A stretch of 64,000 nt of DNA from Octopus sinensis (Eukaryota): assembly GCF_006345805.1 (NCBI RefSeq), contig NC_043024.1, forward strand, positions 17,918,001 to 17,982,000, written 5' to 3'. Shown piece by piece: positions 24,936 through 38,959 of this stretch; positions within the stretch are counted from its first letter, which is position 1, and every line of letters begins with the position of its first letter. The translations under genes and the position numbers were made by a program. The notes below the pieces were generated by a model that saw only the letters and a list, made by a program, of their open reading frames with translations, was not told the origin of the DNA and searched no databases.

Positions 24936-25039
24936 AAATAAATTTTTAAAACTTTCAGTACTTGCTTGGATTGCACAACTACTTGTTTTCCAGTAGGCCA
25001 TACATGTTTCACAGAATATTGGAAATGAAAGGCAGCAAG

Positions 25040-25250
25040 CTGGCAGAAACGTTAGCACGCCGGGCGAAATGCTTAGCGGTATTTCGTCTGTCTTTGTATT
25101 CTGAGTTCAAATTCCGTGAAGGTTGACTTTGCCTTTCATCCTTTTCAAGGTCGATAAATTAAGTACCAGTTGCATACTGGGGTTGATGTAATCGACTGCC
25201 CCCACCTCCCCAAGAATTTCGAGCCTTGTTCCTAGAGTAGAAAAGAATAT
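25040..25250 (+). mobile_element. tRNA-headed SINE (family B)
   Basis: TGGCAGAAACGTTAG..GAGTTCAAATTCC..TTTCATCCTTT..GTCGATAAATTAAGTACCAG; about 15 or more copies in window. Confidence 0.9.
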
Positions 25251-25392
25251 TGGAAATGATGGACACAACTTGCATGACAATGACATTCATTTACAACCGT
25301 CATGCAGAGTCAAGATAAGGTGACACAAACATAGGCACGCTTACACACACAAACATACATGCACACATACACACACATATACATATATATAG

Positions 25393-25568
25393 ATATATTT
25401 ATTTATATTAAGGGCATTACTACACATTAATGCCTCATGACTCTTTCAAGAGTTGCATTCCCTCACTTTCAGTACACTGTGTATTTATTATGGTAGTTTT
25501 GACTTTAAGAGGCCCTCATAGTGTGAGCCATTAATGTGTAGTAATGCCCTTAATATAAATAAATATAT
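25393..25568. mobile_element. Small MITE with 40-bp perfect TIRs
   Basis: 25393-25432 and 25529-25568 are reverse complements; TA flanks. Confidence 0.8.
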
Positions 25569-26840
25569 TTAAAGGGAATAATTATATATTTTTCCCTTAT
25601 GAGGTTTTTCATGCTGACTACTTGATAAATTATTATAAAGATTTTATCTTATTTTAAAATTTTATATATATATATATATATATTGATAAAAATGGTAAGA
25701 CAACAAAAGAAAGAAAGAGACCTGAATATTATGTAAATAGAAGAATTTATCTGTAAATGTAATATGTGACAATTATTCGGTGGTCATGATAAAACTCCGA
25801 GTTTCGGATGCCAGGGTGGAAATCCACGCCGCCATCTATTCAGTTTTCCAGCCATCGGAAAAATGCTATGAAAATTGACCATTATACAAAGGGAAATTAC
25901 TGTGTGATTGACCGTTATTAAGACAAAAGAACTATTTGAATGGCCGCTATATAAGTCCCACTTTCCATATTCAATCACAAGGCTTCAGTCAGCAGGTGTG
26001 GCTGTGTGGTAAGAAATTTGCTTCCCAGCCACATGGTTTCAGGTTCATTCCCACTGCATGGCACTTTGGGCAAGTATCTTCTACTATAGCCTCAGGATGA
26101 CCAAAGCTTTGTGAGTGAATTTGATGGACAGAAACTGAAAGAAGCCCATCATGTGTATACATATGTATATACAAAGTATGGAGGTTTAGTTCACAGGTGA
26201 TCTGAATGATTAGGTATGCTAGGTAAGTGCTGTAACGGATTATTAGGGCTCCAAGGTTATAGCCAAGATGGTAGTTATGGAGCCATTGTAGATTTCCAAT
26301 GCAGCGGATATATAATTGTTAAAGAGGACAATAAACATTAAGTCAAGGCAAACATCTCAAGTTGTATATTGGAAAAAAATTTCAAAGCCTTCCAGCTGTT
26401 TCTAGGGTATCCCCAAGTATGGCATATTCTGTTATCAGAGACAAATAGGGAAAAGTAGGGGAAAATGAGAATGGTATATATTAATTAATGAGATGATGAC
26501 ATAGAGGAAGGGAGTAAAGGAATAAGAAAATGCAGAGAGAGAAGAAAAATGAAGCTTAAAAGTTCATAGTTCAACTTTCTGATGTTATAGAAACAAGAGT
26601 ATAGGTCCTTAAGTGCAATCCTGCGTAGGTTTGTGTGGGTTAAAATGTTGATATCCAGAGAGAAAAATGCATGAACATATCAACAGTCGATAACAGAAAG
26701 GTAAGCGGAGGTGGTTATTAAGTGGTAAAAGGAAAAATAGAAAGAGAGGTAGATAGCATGACAGGGAGAATTTAAGGATTGAATTTTGGAAAAAGAAAGG
26801 TGTATAGGCATGTATGTATATAATAATAATAATAATAATA

Positions 26841-27302
26841 AGATGGGCTACAGCAAATATTCTGCTCAATACCATAGATTTGCTTGTCAGTTGTTTGACC
26901 TTAACCAGTTGAGCATGTCCCTTACTGGCTGACGATATGTGCATCTCTGATCATGAGCAGAAGTAGTGGGGGGGCATCATAGCCGTGTTTTCAGAGGGAT
27001 TCTTTGGGGTTTGAATAATTCACCTCTGGAAACATGGGTGGTTCTTTCAACATCCTTAAACAACCCTTATTCAGGGACCTTTTGAGTGGGATGGGCTACT
27101 CAACCTGAAGAAAATTCTAAGTGGGCCCCACCTGCAAGGTCATGTGCTGTTTATCTTGATATGAGATCACCATGTCGCGCACATATGGTTGTGATGCATG
27201 TGCCTGGTGTACCCTTATCAGACGGGTAGTCATGATGGGTATATTGGGCTTCGTATATTTTACCCCAGTGTCACTTTGATGGCATGAACTGCTCTCTCAC
27301 TC
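26841..27302 (+). mobile_element. Family E copy, 5'-truncated, between (AAT)n tracts
   Basis: Homology to 10925-11477. Confidence 0.85.
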
Positions 27303-27929
27303 AATAATAATAATAATAATAATAATGATAATAATGATAATAAAAAGTGACAATAAACGAATGAGACTTCAATATTAGATAAATAGAGGATTATTTATAT
27401 ATTTATAAGTTAGGACAATCAGTAAGTTGTCATTATAGTTCAGGGAGTTTTGAAAGTCGGAGCTAAGAGCTACGATGCATTCTTGTCAGCTGTTATTGGC
27501 AATAGATGCTATGAAAACTGTTAAATAAAGGGAAGTTACTCTAATGGGTAAGAAAAAAGATAAAATATACATGCAACCATATTCTCACAATACGTAGACA
27601 TCATCATTTAACATTGACCTTCCATATATATATGTATGTGTCTGTGTTCATCCCCTGTGTTGGTTTGTTTATGACCCCCATAACTTAGCAGTTCAGCAAA
27701 AGAGACCAATAGAATAAGTTCAGGCTTTAAAAACATAAGTACCGCAGTTGATTCATTCAACTAAAATTTCTTGAAGGTGGTGCCCCAGTATGACCGCAGC
27801 CTAATGCCTGACACAAATAAAAAATAAAATACAAAAGATATTCAACATGCTTCTTTCAGTTTCCATCAACCAAATCCAGTCTCAAAGATTTAGCTGGCCA
27901 AGGCTATAATAGAAGACACTTATCCAAGA

Positions 27930-28075
27930 CTAGCAGTATAACCCGGCTTTGCTCAGGATTAAGTTAGGATTATTAAGCTAATCAAGTTCTTTATTTCAAA
28001 CCAAACTAAGTAACATCGACATCAAATTTGGGCGAAATCCATTGAAATTGGTTCATATATATATATATATGTAGA
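27930..28075 (-). mobile_element. Non-autonomous Helitron
   Basis: 5' TC, 3' GC-rich hairpin then CTAG, inserted at A|T. Confidence 0.7.
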
Positions 28076-28239
28076 TATATTGGCAACACACACGTACGTA
28101 GACCTATTGCATGCATGTTTTTTGTACGCATACATGCTCATGTGTATGTTGCCTGTATATCAACAAAACACTTTTTTCCGTGATGGAAAAAAAAAAACAG
28201 CAAAAGTCTTAACAAAAACTTACTCAACAAGAAAACACA

Positions 28240-29080
28240 GCAGCCAGCAACACCACCACCATCACTCATGCAATACCACCACCATCACCACTGCCACTAC
28301 TACTCACCCAAAAGCCATTACTACAATTATAACCACTATCATCACCACCACCATCACCACCACAGCCACCACCACCACCAGATTATCACCACACATGCTA
28401 TACTGCCATTACTACTACAACCACTACTACACCACCACCACCATACTGTTGCAATCAATATTCCATCAATGAACATTTACCAAAACACTAAACCACCCCC
28501 ACCCACATACACTCTCCACCCCAAAATCTTTTTTCATTAAAAACTCAACTTCAATTTAACTCATTATCTTTTTTCCACTGTTCAACTACTACTTGTTGTT
28601 GTAATTGTGGTTGTGGTTGTTGTTGTTGTTGCAGCAGTTGCTGTTGTATCTGTTGTTGTTGTGGTGGTGGTGGTTTCTCATTTTATTTCACATCAAACTT
28701 GTTTTATTCGTCTCAGAACTAATTATTATTGTTGCTGTTGTTATCGTCATTGTCATTATCACCATTCTCCTCCTCCTCCTCCACATCATCATCATCACCA
28801 TCATCAATATCACCATCACTGACTCCACAATGATGATGATCATCATCACCAATTCCATCATCATCATAATTGTCATCATCATCACCAACTCCATGATCAT
28901 TACCATCATCATCTTCTTCAATGTAATCATCATCACTATCGTTATCATCATCATCATTGCTATCATCATCACCATCATCATCATCACCATTATCATCACC
29001 ACCACCACCACCATCACCATCATCATCATCATCATCATTAACATTATCATTATCATCATCGTCATCACCATCATCATCCT
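28240..29080. repeat. Trinucleotide low-complexity tracts (CAC/CAT/GTT)
   Basis: Direct inspection. Confidence 0.9.
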
Positions 29081-29670
29081 TTCCCTACACACTACTCTCT
29101 TCCTCTTCTTCAAATCCATGCAGTATTTTATTATCTTCTGCTCAAAATCCTCTGCATATATTCCAGTGATGCCTGCTTATGTTATTTGCAATATACTGCT
29201 TATATCCGTAAACCCTGGGATTTAGGGGATTATGTATTTGTCTGTACCTTTCCTAAACCACTTTTATCGAAATAGTTTCTTTTTTCCTTTATGTTTTTTA
29301 TGGCCCCAACATTCTGGTTATCTCTATTTCCAGATCTTTTCTTCATATTTGACCGAGTTTTCCATTTCTTTTAAACAGACAAGAACCTTTTTGTTGTGAC
29401 TCGTACAATGACCCAGCTGCCACTTTCTCTCTTGGTCCTATTTGATAATAATAACAATTATATTCATGATAACAGTATCTGGCCATTAATAATATATTTA
29501 TTATTCAAATTCTGTTGAGGTCAGCTTTACCTTTCATCGTTTCATGGGTCAATAAATTAAGTACCAGTTGAATACTGGGGTCAGTGTAATCAACTTACCC
29601 CCACCCCACCCTATCCATACCCACTATATTGCTGGCCAAATTTTTTAAACCAACATTATCATTATTATTA

Positions 29671-30085
29671 AGATGGCAATCTGATGGAATGGCTAGCATT
29701 TTGGGCAAAATGCTTAGCGGCATTTCGTCTGTCCTTTTGTTCTGAGTTCAAATTCCACCAAGGTCAACTTTGCTTTTCATCCTTTTGGGTTCGATAAAAT
29801 AAGTACCAGTTGAACACTGGGTGGGGGGTCAATGTAATTCCTAAATTTGGTTGTTATTTATATATTTCTTTATTGTCAACAGGGGGCTAAACATAGAGGG
29901 GACAAACAAGAACAAAGGGATTAAGTCGATTACATTGACCCCAGTGCGTAACTGGTACTTATTTAATTGACCCTGAAAGGATGAAAGGCAAAGTCGACCT
30001 TGGTGGAATTTGAACTCGGAACATAACGGCAGACAAAATACCACTAAGCATTTTGCCCAGCATGCTAACGATTCTACCGCCCTGG
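29671..30085. mobile_element. Tail-to-tail inverted pair of family B SINEs
   Basis: Plus copy 29671-29840; minus copy 29880-30085. Confidence 0.85.
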
Positions 30086-31019
30086 CGAGCTGGTAGAATC
30101 GTTATTATTTGTTGTTATTTATAGCCAATTGAATGGCCATGAGGTGGCTCCCCCAACAATTCAGTGTGGTGGTTTTGGTGGTGGTGGTGGGTACTGTCTT
30201 TGCTCTAAAGTTGAATTGATTTAGTTTACCATGTTGTTGTTGTGGTGGTGGTGGTGGTGGTATGTAGCAATAGTAGTAGTAGTAGTTGTTGTTATTGCTA
30301 CTGTTGTTTTGCTGATTGAATTTAATTAATTTTATTTTTTTAGATTGCTGTTAATGTTGTAGCTGTTGTTGTTGTAGCTGCTGTAGTTGTTTTAGGTGTT
30401 GTCGTTGTTGTAGTAGTTGTTGTTGTTGTCTTAAATAGCTGTTTCCACAAATAGTAGTCCATTTCTAAAACAGACAACAGAAGCGAAAAGGGGGGAGGGA
30501 AGGGGGAAGGAGGAGACAAAGCAAAACTTCTAGAAGCTCCATTCCTACACACACACACACACACACCCTCATAACACCCTCGCTTCCTAAAAATAAACAA
30601 AACCAAGCAAAGTTCCCAGTTATCATCGGTTGACTGGTGCTTCTTGTCTGTTTAATAGGGGCTGGGACAGTAACAAAACAACAACAACATCGATTACTAT
30701 TAAAGCAACACTGATCAAGCTTCTATGTGGTCTCTTTATCAGCTAAAAATAGCAGCCAGACTTGGTAGATCCCAACCATCATCTGAAAAGGAAAACATTG
30801 AACAAGGTGTTTTCAGGCCACAGTTCATCACAATTATCATCATTTAAAGTCCACTTTTCACTGAGTCAGATGGAGTATATTGCGGCAGATTTTCTCTGGC
30901 CTGATGCCCTTCCTGTTGGGAATCTTTACCTGTTTCCCCATGCCGGGACTTATTCTTGCAGAATATTGGAAATGAATGACACTGCATGTATGACAGTGAC
31001 ACTCGTTTACAATTGATCG

Positions 31020-31430
31020 CTTGAGGTGGATGGAAGTCATGGAAGATGGAGATCCAGCAAGACATGGGATGAAGTACTGAAGGCTGATCTCAGAACACTG
31101 AACCTTATAAAGGACTTGACAGAGGACCGAGATATGTGGAGCATCTCTGTACTTAAGAAGACCCTAAAACTAAGGTGTCACATAAAAAGCACTGGTATGG
31201 GTGATGGTGTCACATAAAAACACTGGTGCTGGTGCCACATAAAATGCATTCACTACATGCTGTGGAGATGTTGGCGCTAGGAAAGACATCCAGCTATATA
31301 GATCATATCAAAGCAGACTATGTACTTGATGTGGTACCTGGCCTAGCCTGTTCCTGTTAAACCATCCAACCCATGCCAGCATGGAAAACAGATGTTAAAT
31401 ATTGACAATGATGATGATGAGGATGATGAT
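31020..31430 (+). mobile_element. 5'-truncated RTE: ORF end plus family C-like UTR
   Basis: SKTWDEVLKADLRTLNL..DRDMW, then family C motifs and (GAT)n. Confidence 0.75.
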
Positions 31431-31489
31431 GCAATGTCAAGACAGAGAGATACATACATAGACACACATACATTATGACTGCCCCCTCT

Positions 31490-33670
31490 AGGCGCCTGAT
31501 ATTAGATATGCTGCCAGAGGTTCGATAATGGACGTAAACACTGTATCTGCAGTTTCTGAATGCAATACAGAACACCATCGCAAAATATATGGAAAATAGG
31601 GTCGGTGCCAGAATATCCCCCTGTTTCACTCCATTTTGTATTGAAATGGGCTCCGATATTTTCCCTCTAACATTCACCTTACCATTCATGTCTTCATAAA
31701 AAGACCTAACCAAAGCAAGGAACTTTTCAGGACACCCAAGTTTCTGGAGGACTTTCCACAATGCTTTTTCTATTGAGGGTATCAAAGGCTTTTGTCAGAT
31801 TGACAAAAACCTGATACAAATCCAGACCCCGTTCCACACACTTCTCCTGAAGCTGTCTAGCTGAAAAGATCATATCAGCAGTGCCATGTCCCACACGAAA
31901 GCCAGATTGACTTTCTGGAAGAACACAATCTGCAATGTATTTCAGCAGATGATCCAGAAGTACCCTGCATAAAACCTTTCCTACTGCAGACAGCAATGAT
32001 ACTCCCCTATAATTACCACAATCATTCCTGTTGCCCTTTCTCTTATACAGGACCGCCATTACTGTATCTCTCCAGTTCTCAGGTACAGATTCACTAGTCC
32101 ATATCTTACCAAACAAAGAGTGAAGTTTCTGCAGAAGTTTCTCACCACCATGCTGTAACAACTCCGCATGTATGCCATCCATACCTGGAGACTTCCCATT
32201 ATTCAACCTTGAGACAGCCATTGCAACTTCTTCCAACTTTGGTGGTTCTGCGAGTGCTGCCTTCACAGGCAATCCAGGAATGAGATTGAGAACATCCTCA
32301 CTAACTACAGACTGCTGATTCAAAAGTTCATCAAAGTGTTCTTGCCACCTTTGCAGAATTCCTTGTGAATCACAAAGAAGTTCTTTACCATCCCTGCTTC
32401 GAAGTGGTGTCATCAGGGAAGATGTCAGTCCATAAACTTCTCGCAAGAGACCATATAACAGCTTTGTGTTATTGGAATCTGATGCCGCCTGTATCTCATC
32501 AGCCTTCTTACTCCACCACGTATCCCTCATCTGAGAGAGCCTTTGCCTCACATGGGATTTTACGTCCTTGAGTTCCCTATGCAACACTTCCCTTTCCTGT
32601 GGCTTTGCTGACAAATAGCGTGACAAAGTATGTCTTTTATCAGCCAATAAATCATCTACATGTTCATCATTTTCTTTGAACCAATCTTGATGCTTTCTTT
32701 GTATCAATCCCAGAACTTTCTTGCCTATATCATAAACTGACTTTTTAAGGGTCGGCCAATCCTCCCCAATATCTGCAGCATTCATTTCCTCTCGTAAAGT
32801 TCTCTTCACACTATTATACCTAAGACGATCAACATTCAGTCTTTTAGGCAGGGTAATCCCTGCAGCTCAGATTTTATGTTTTGTGACTAATTTCACTTTT
32901 CCACGTACTAGGCGGTAGTCAGTCCAACACTCAGCTCCACGAAGAACAAAAACACACTGCACATCCTGTCTGTCACACACCCTAACTAGGATGTAATCCA
33001 GAATATGCCATTCTTTAGATGTAGGGTGCATCCATGTAGTCTTAAACTTATTCTTTTGTTGAAACATGGTATTGGTAACACACAGACGCAGCTCCTCACA
33101 CATCTGCAGCAAAAGCATGCCATTACTATTACACTTCCCCACCCCATGCTTTCCAATTACAGTCCATGTGTTAAGATCTCTACCCACTCTAGCATTAAAG
33201 TCACCCAGTACGATGACTTTGTCTGCCCGAGGGATATTTCTTATAATACCCTTCAAAGCATGGTAGAAAGAAATTTTTTCGTCATCAGTATACACAGAAG
33301 TTGGAGCATACACACTCACCAAGGTCATATAATTTCCTTTAGCCAAAGGAATTCTCATGGACATAAGACGCTCGTTAATTCTGATTGGGAATTCTTCCAA
33401 CTTGTCCACAAGAGTAGTCTTAACAGCGAATGCCACTCCAGCTTCTCCTCTAAACTCTTCATTCCTCCCTTTCCAAAAGAATGTATATTTTCCACAAGAT
33501 TCTGTAAAATGACCATCTCCAGGTAATCTCATCTCAGATAAAGCAACGATGTCAAGATCATAGCGTTGAGCTCCTTCGCAACAAGTGCAGTCCTTCTTTC
33601 AGGACATTCAGAGGACTTGCAGTCAAGCAGTGTCCGTACATTCCAACAGCCAATATTCACTATTTTCTTT
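31490..33670 (-). pseudogene. Disrupted APE endonuclease-reverse transcriptase ORF
   Basis: IGCWNVRTL, VYAPT, LGDFNARVG, LDYIL, KSPGMDG, NYRGVSLL, QSGFR, LTKAFD, GVKQGDILAPTLF; frameshifts near 33570 and 31775, in-frame TGA at 32867; ends before YADD. Confidence 0.92.
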
Positions 33671-34205
33671 GGTTCTATCACAGTAGCATGATGACGGCCG
33701 GGTTCAGACTGTGATGCCCTGGAGCCCCTGCTGGGCCAGACTCTTTCAGCTGATGTGGTTCCAGAGTCCTTACTGCCATTTATTTTTATACTGTTTTGGT
33801 ACATCATTGATTTTTTGCTTTTTAAGGCTGCAGCCAGCCACTCAGTTGAGACTCACAGTGCCATCAACAATCATGAATTAGTTAATCAATTTAATCAATC
33901 AATCAATGTTGTTATCATGCAATGCCTGTGCAAGAAGATTTTTTTAAAGTGAAGAAAGGCTGTGCACTCAGTCAATCCCACTCACTAAGCAACAGCAGCC
34001 ATAATCTGAAAAGAAGAACAAGTCAACATCATCGGTGACCACTGAGCCGCAGGTTTTATGTTGGAGTTATCCCAGTTACCTGAGTTACCTTCTCCTAGAA
34101 GGATGCCCTGACAAAGGCTAGGAGTCCTTCACTCCCAGTGGTTTAACTGCACGATCGGGTATTCAGTCCGATTATTTCTATGTCCCCGTGCATGATACAG
34201 CCTTA
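31490..34205 (-). mobile_element. RTE-clade LINE, 5' UTR retained, 3' end missing
   Basis: APE endonuclease and partial RT ORF; about 500 bp of GC-richer leader. Confidence 0.9.
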
Positions 34206-35869
34206 AGCCTTAAAAAAATACACATTTATTGGATGGCCGTTGACTCTCAAGAGTTCCTCCACCCTTTAACGGGTTTTGTTTTTCATCCTGCAGGGTGTCT
34301 AATAAACACCCTCCTCACCAATTTATGTTCCTAGCATTAGCTTAATGATAACTAGTTATTTTACTAAATTCTTTGTTATATTTAAAGTAATTGAAAGAAA
34401 CACAGAGCATCTCAAAATAAATACACTAACGAAAGGGTTAAGGGGATTTTGTAGCCTGTGTAAAACTTTTGAAATTTGGGGGCTGAAATGATTCAATCTT
34501 ATTTCTTTATTGCCCACAGGGGGCTAAACGCAGAGGGGACAAACAAGGACAGACAAACGGATTAAGTCAATTACATTGATCCCAGTGTGTAACTTGGGCA
34601 GAATTTGAACTCAAAACATAGTGGCAGACGAAATACGGCTAAGCGTTTCACCTGGCGTGCTAACGTTTCTCCCAGCCTGCCACCTGAAACCATCTTGGAG
34701 CTGAAGCCAATAAATGATAGAACAAACCACACAAGAATAATTAAATTCCTTGTTTTATTTATTCCACGAGTTGTCACTATTATCATCCCACCACAGACAT
34801 CAACATAATTCCACTGCAATAAAGTTTTAAAAAATACACATTTGTCAAAATTTAATGAAATTTATATTTAATGGACGTTAAACGAACTTCTTTTCTTGAG
34901 GAAATATTCTTCAGTTATTGTTTACGATAAACGTTGCTTTGAGACTCTAATTATACCTCCCCTATCGCTCTCATTTATGAATGCTGGCTTTATTAGTATT
35001 ACAACAGAAATGTAATTTTTACTTTTTAAATGTTGAAATTTATGAAAAAAATGTCCAAGTTCCGTCATCATTGTCCAACAAAGACAGATACTTCTAAAAC
35101 TTGACATTAAATCATCAAGATATTAATTATAATCTGATATAATAATAATAAAAAATAAATAAATCTCTTAGGTCATTGCCTTTTTATTGCTACCACCACC
35201 ATCACTATGATAACAATAAAACACTACAATTTTCAGTTTATGGTTATATGTACAGGATGGTCATATATTAGTCTATGATTATTCGCTAGCTATCCACGTG
35301 CCACCAATAATGATGGCTAATTGTAGTATTTTATATATAAATAAGGTACATAATAATCGCAGATACAAACATTCACATACTTCCAGTGGTGGACTGGGTC
35401 TAAAAATATTGGTTGCCAGGAGACTAAGGGTGCCCACCCACAACTACAAGAGGGCCTACCTGCAATTACAATGCTATAATTTTTTTTTTTTTTTGTTAAA
35501 AGTATTCTTTTCAACTGTTTACAAACACAGCCAGACTGAAATAATTAAGGTGTTCTTCCAGGAGTGAATAAAAAATTCTCAAACTTGAGGGGATGAGCCC
35601 CTTAAATACTAACATGGGCCCCCATATATGGCTTCTAATGGTGCAAATTAGATCGTAAACATCTATATTATTGGCAAGGCGGCAAGCTGGCTGAATCGTT
35701 AGCATACCAGGCCAAATGTTTAGCAGCATTTCATCTGTCTTTATGTTCTGAATTCAAATTACACTGCGGTCAAATTTGGTTTTTATCCTTTTTCCAGGGG
35801 TTGATAAACTGGAGTTGATGTAAGTGGCGCATCCCCACCCCCACAAATTACTGCCCTTGCGGCAAAATT

Positions 35870-36270
35870 TACTCTTTACTCTTTTACTTGTTTCAGTCAT
35901 TTGACTGCAGCCATGCTGGAGCACCGCCTTTAATCGAGCAAATCGACCCCGGGACTTATTCTTTGTAAGCCCAGTACTTATTCTATCGGTCTCTTTTGCC
36001 GAACTGCTAAGTGACGAGGACGTAAACACACCAGCATCGGTTGTCAAGCAATGCTAGGGGACAAACACAGACACACAAACATGTACACACACACTTATAT
36101 ATATATACATATATACGACAGGCTTCTTTCAGTTTCCGTCTACCAAATCCACTCACAAGGCATTGGTCGGCCCGGGGCTATAGAAGAAGACACTTGCCCA
36201 AGATGTCACGCAATGGGACTGAACCCGGAACCATGTGGTTGGTTAGCAAGCTACTTACCACACAGCCACT
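35870..36270 (-). mobile_element. SINE family A (further minus copies near 37930-38270, 42040-42420, 47975-48400, 51545-51940, 56390-56830)
   Basis: Reverse-complement match to plus copies. Confidence 0.88.
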
Positions 36271-36288
36271 CCTGTGCCTATTTGAAAC

Positions 36289-36351
<63 letters not shown>

Positions 36352-36560
36352 CATTATTATTATCATTATTATTAAAGGTGGTGAGCTGGCAGAATTGTTA
36401 GTATGTTGGGCAAAATGCTTAGAAGCATCTTTATGTTCTGAGTTCAAATGCTGCCGAGGTCAACTTTGCCTTTCATCCTTTTCAGGGATCAATAAATTAA
36501 GTACCAATGAAACATTGGGGTAATCGCCTTATTTCAGGCCTTGTGCCTATAGTAGAAAGG

Positions 36561-36596
<36 letters not shown>

Positions 36597-36630
36597 TAGC
36601 TGAACATGATGTAATATTGATAAAGTTCTA

Positions 36631-36665
<35 letters not shown>

Positions 36666-36762
36666 CATACATACATACGCAAACACATATAGAGAGATCT
36701 ATTGATAGTTTTATGCATGCATCTGTCTACATATTTACACATATATACATTCATATATATAT

Positions 36763-36806
<44 letters not shown>

Positions 36807-38740
36807 ATAACGCTCATTGCTGTAACATCCAATTTTCCATATTTGTATGTCTGTATATAAAATATGCATATGTGTGTGTATGCATGTATATATATACATA
36901 CATACATACATACATACATATGTATATATATATGCACACACATATATCTCCATCTATCTATAAAGTTACTTGTTGTCATCTCTTGTCTTTTTTCCTTTAT
37001 TGATTAATATGTATATTATGTATGGGTGTAGACACCCGATGTGTGTGTGTGTTTGTATAGATTGTGAAGAGACACTGTGTGTGTGTGTGTGAGTGCGCGT
37101 GTGCACATGTGTGTAAGGGGGAAGGCAGGTATTTGTGCCAAAATACTAACAAAATCAATGCCAAAAAAAATAGACCCAAACCAAAGAACTTTAAATAATA
37201 ACAAAACTTTAAAAAGTTCCGTGAAAAACAATAAATACATCATAACAAATCTGTGATTTTCCCCCAAACTTCATAATGCACACCCCACCCTTCTGCCATG
37301 AACAAAACACAGCCAAAACAAAACACAAAATGATTTTTCTTTTTAAGTTTTTGGTATTAAGACGACAGATGATGAATGAGGCAGCCAAGCTATAAATTCT
37401 GGTTCAATCTTTGGCCAGTCCCTGTTATTACAGCTATGAAAAATGACTTCTTCTACAGCTGTTGAAGTTAATGATTCTACGTTGGCAGCACCGCTGTCTT
37501 TGAGAATCTGATAACAGAAGATTTTTCGATCAAGATGCACGATAACTTCTCTACCTCAAAATATTGTTGTGTTTCCTTTCAACTTCCAATTCTTTAAAAA
37601 AAAATCCTAATTTTGATTTTGTACATTTTTGCACCATATTGTTTTCTCCCTGAAACCAAATTATTTTTTTAGTTTTCTTTGTAGAAAAATGTTTCTACTT
37701 TTGCTGTAATTATTTGCATCAGACAAAACAGTTAGAAGCATTTCTTTCAGGCATTTTACATTCTGAGTTCAGATAGGGCTGAGGTCATCTTTGCTTGCCA
37801 CCCTTTCATAAGGTACCAGTCATATACTGGGGTCAATGTAATCAATTAACCACACGCTAAAACTGCTGACTTTGTGCCAAGTTTTGATACAATTATTACA
37901 GAGTGTGACAGGTATTTGAAGGTATCATTTTTTTTGTTTCAGTCATTAGACTGTGGCCATGCTGGAGCACCACCTTGAAGAACCTTTAGTCAAATGAGTC
38001 AACCCCAGTACTTATGTCTTTTTAAAGCCTGGTACTTACTCTATTTGTTTCTTTTGCTGAACTGCTATGTTACAGGGATGTAAACACACCAACACCGATT
38101 GTCAAGCAGTGGTAGTGGAGACAAACACAGATACAAAGGCATACACACACACACACACACTTTGCTTGGCTCAAGGTTATAGTGGAAGACATTTGCCCAA
38201 GGTGCCATGCAGTGGGACTGAACCTGGTACCATGTAGTTGGGAAGCAAATTTCTTACTATTCAGTCACGCCTGGTAATTTAATGAAACAATTCTAATTTA
38301 GCAAAGAACAAATGTGCACATATTTCTGAATAAGATAGCTTCTCTGAATTTATCTTCAATTTCAATGACTGCTTCAATATAGGACCAGAATCATTGACAT
38401 GACTCTACTAAATGGTCCTTCTTCGTTCATGATTGCCACTTGAACAATGGCAGCCTTCACTGAAACTATGATATTGTGAGGATGTTGGCTAGTCTCTCTT
38501 GCAACAGGACTCTAAGCATAATAGTCCATGGGATTTAACCCTTTAGCATTTAAACTGGCCAAATCTGGCCAAAATATTTTGTTTTATGTTGAAGCTGGTC
38601 AGATCTGGTCTCTTGCACCAACCCTACATTATCATTCTGAAAATTAAGAATTACCTCATCAAAGTTAAAAAATAATGTATAATTTTATCTGTGGACTTTT
38701 TTTATTCTGGTGGACCCCCAATAGCCATTCGGTGTATAAA

Positions 38741-38959
38741 CCTTTAGCACTTAAACCAGCCATATCTAACCAAAATATTCTACCTGTTTTATGTTCATAC
38801 CAGCCAGATCTGGCCTCTTACACCTACCCTATGATGTCATTCTAAAAATATACAATCAGATCATCAGAATATCAAAACTATGAGATAATGCATCATTAAT
38901 TCAAAACAAAATGAATAAACAAGCATTATATTTGACCAAGTAATTTGAATGCTTAAGGG
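38741..38959. mobile_element. piggyBac-type MITE, same family as 5224-5439 (partial copy also at 38539-38660)
   Basis: CCTTTAGCA..AAGGG termini with TAAA/TTAA flanks. Confidence 0.8.

Noticed and set aside
26210-26341. Sushi-like peptide DGSYGAIVDFQCSGYIIV
   Set aside because: No convincing acceptor/donor pair and incomplete Cys pattern
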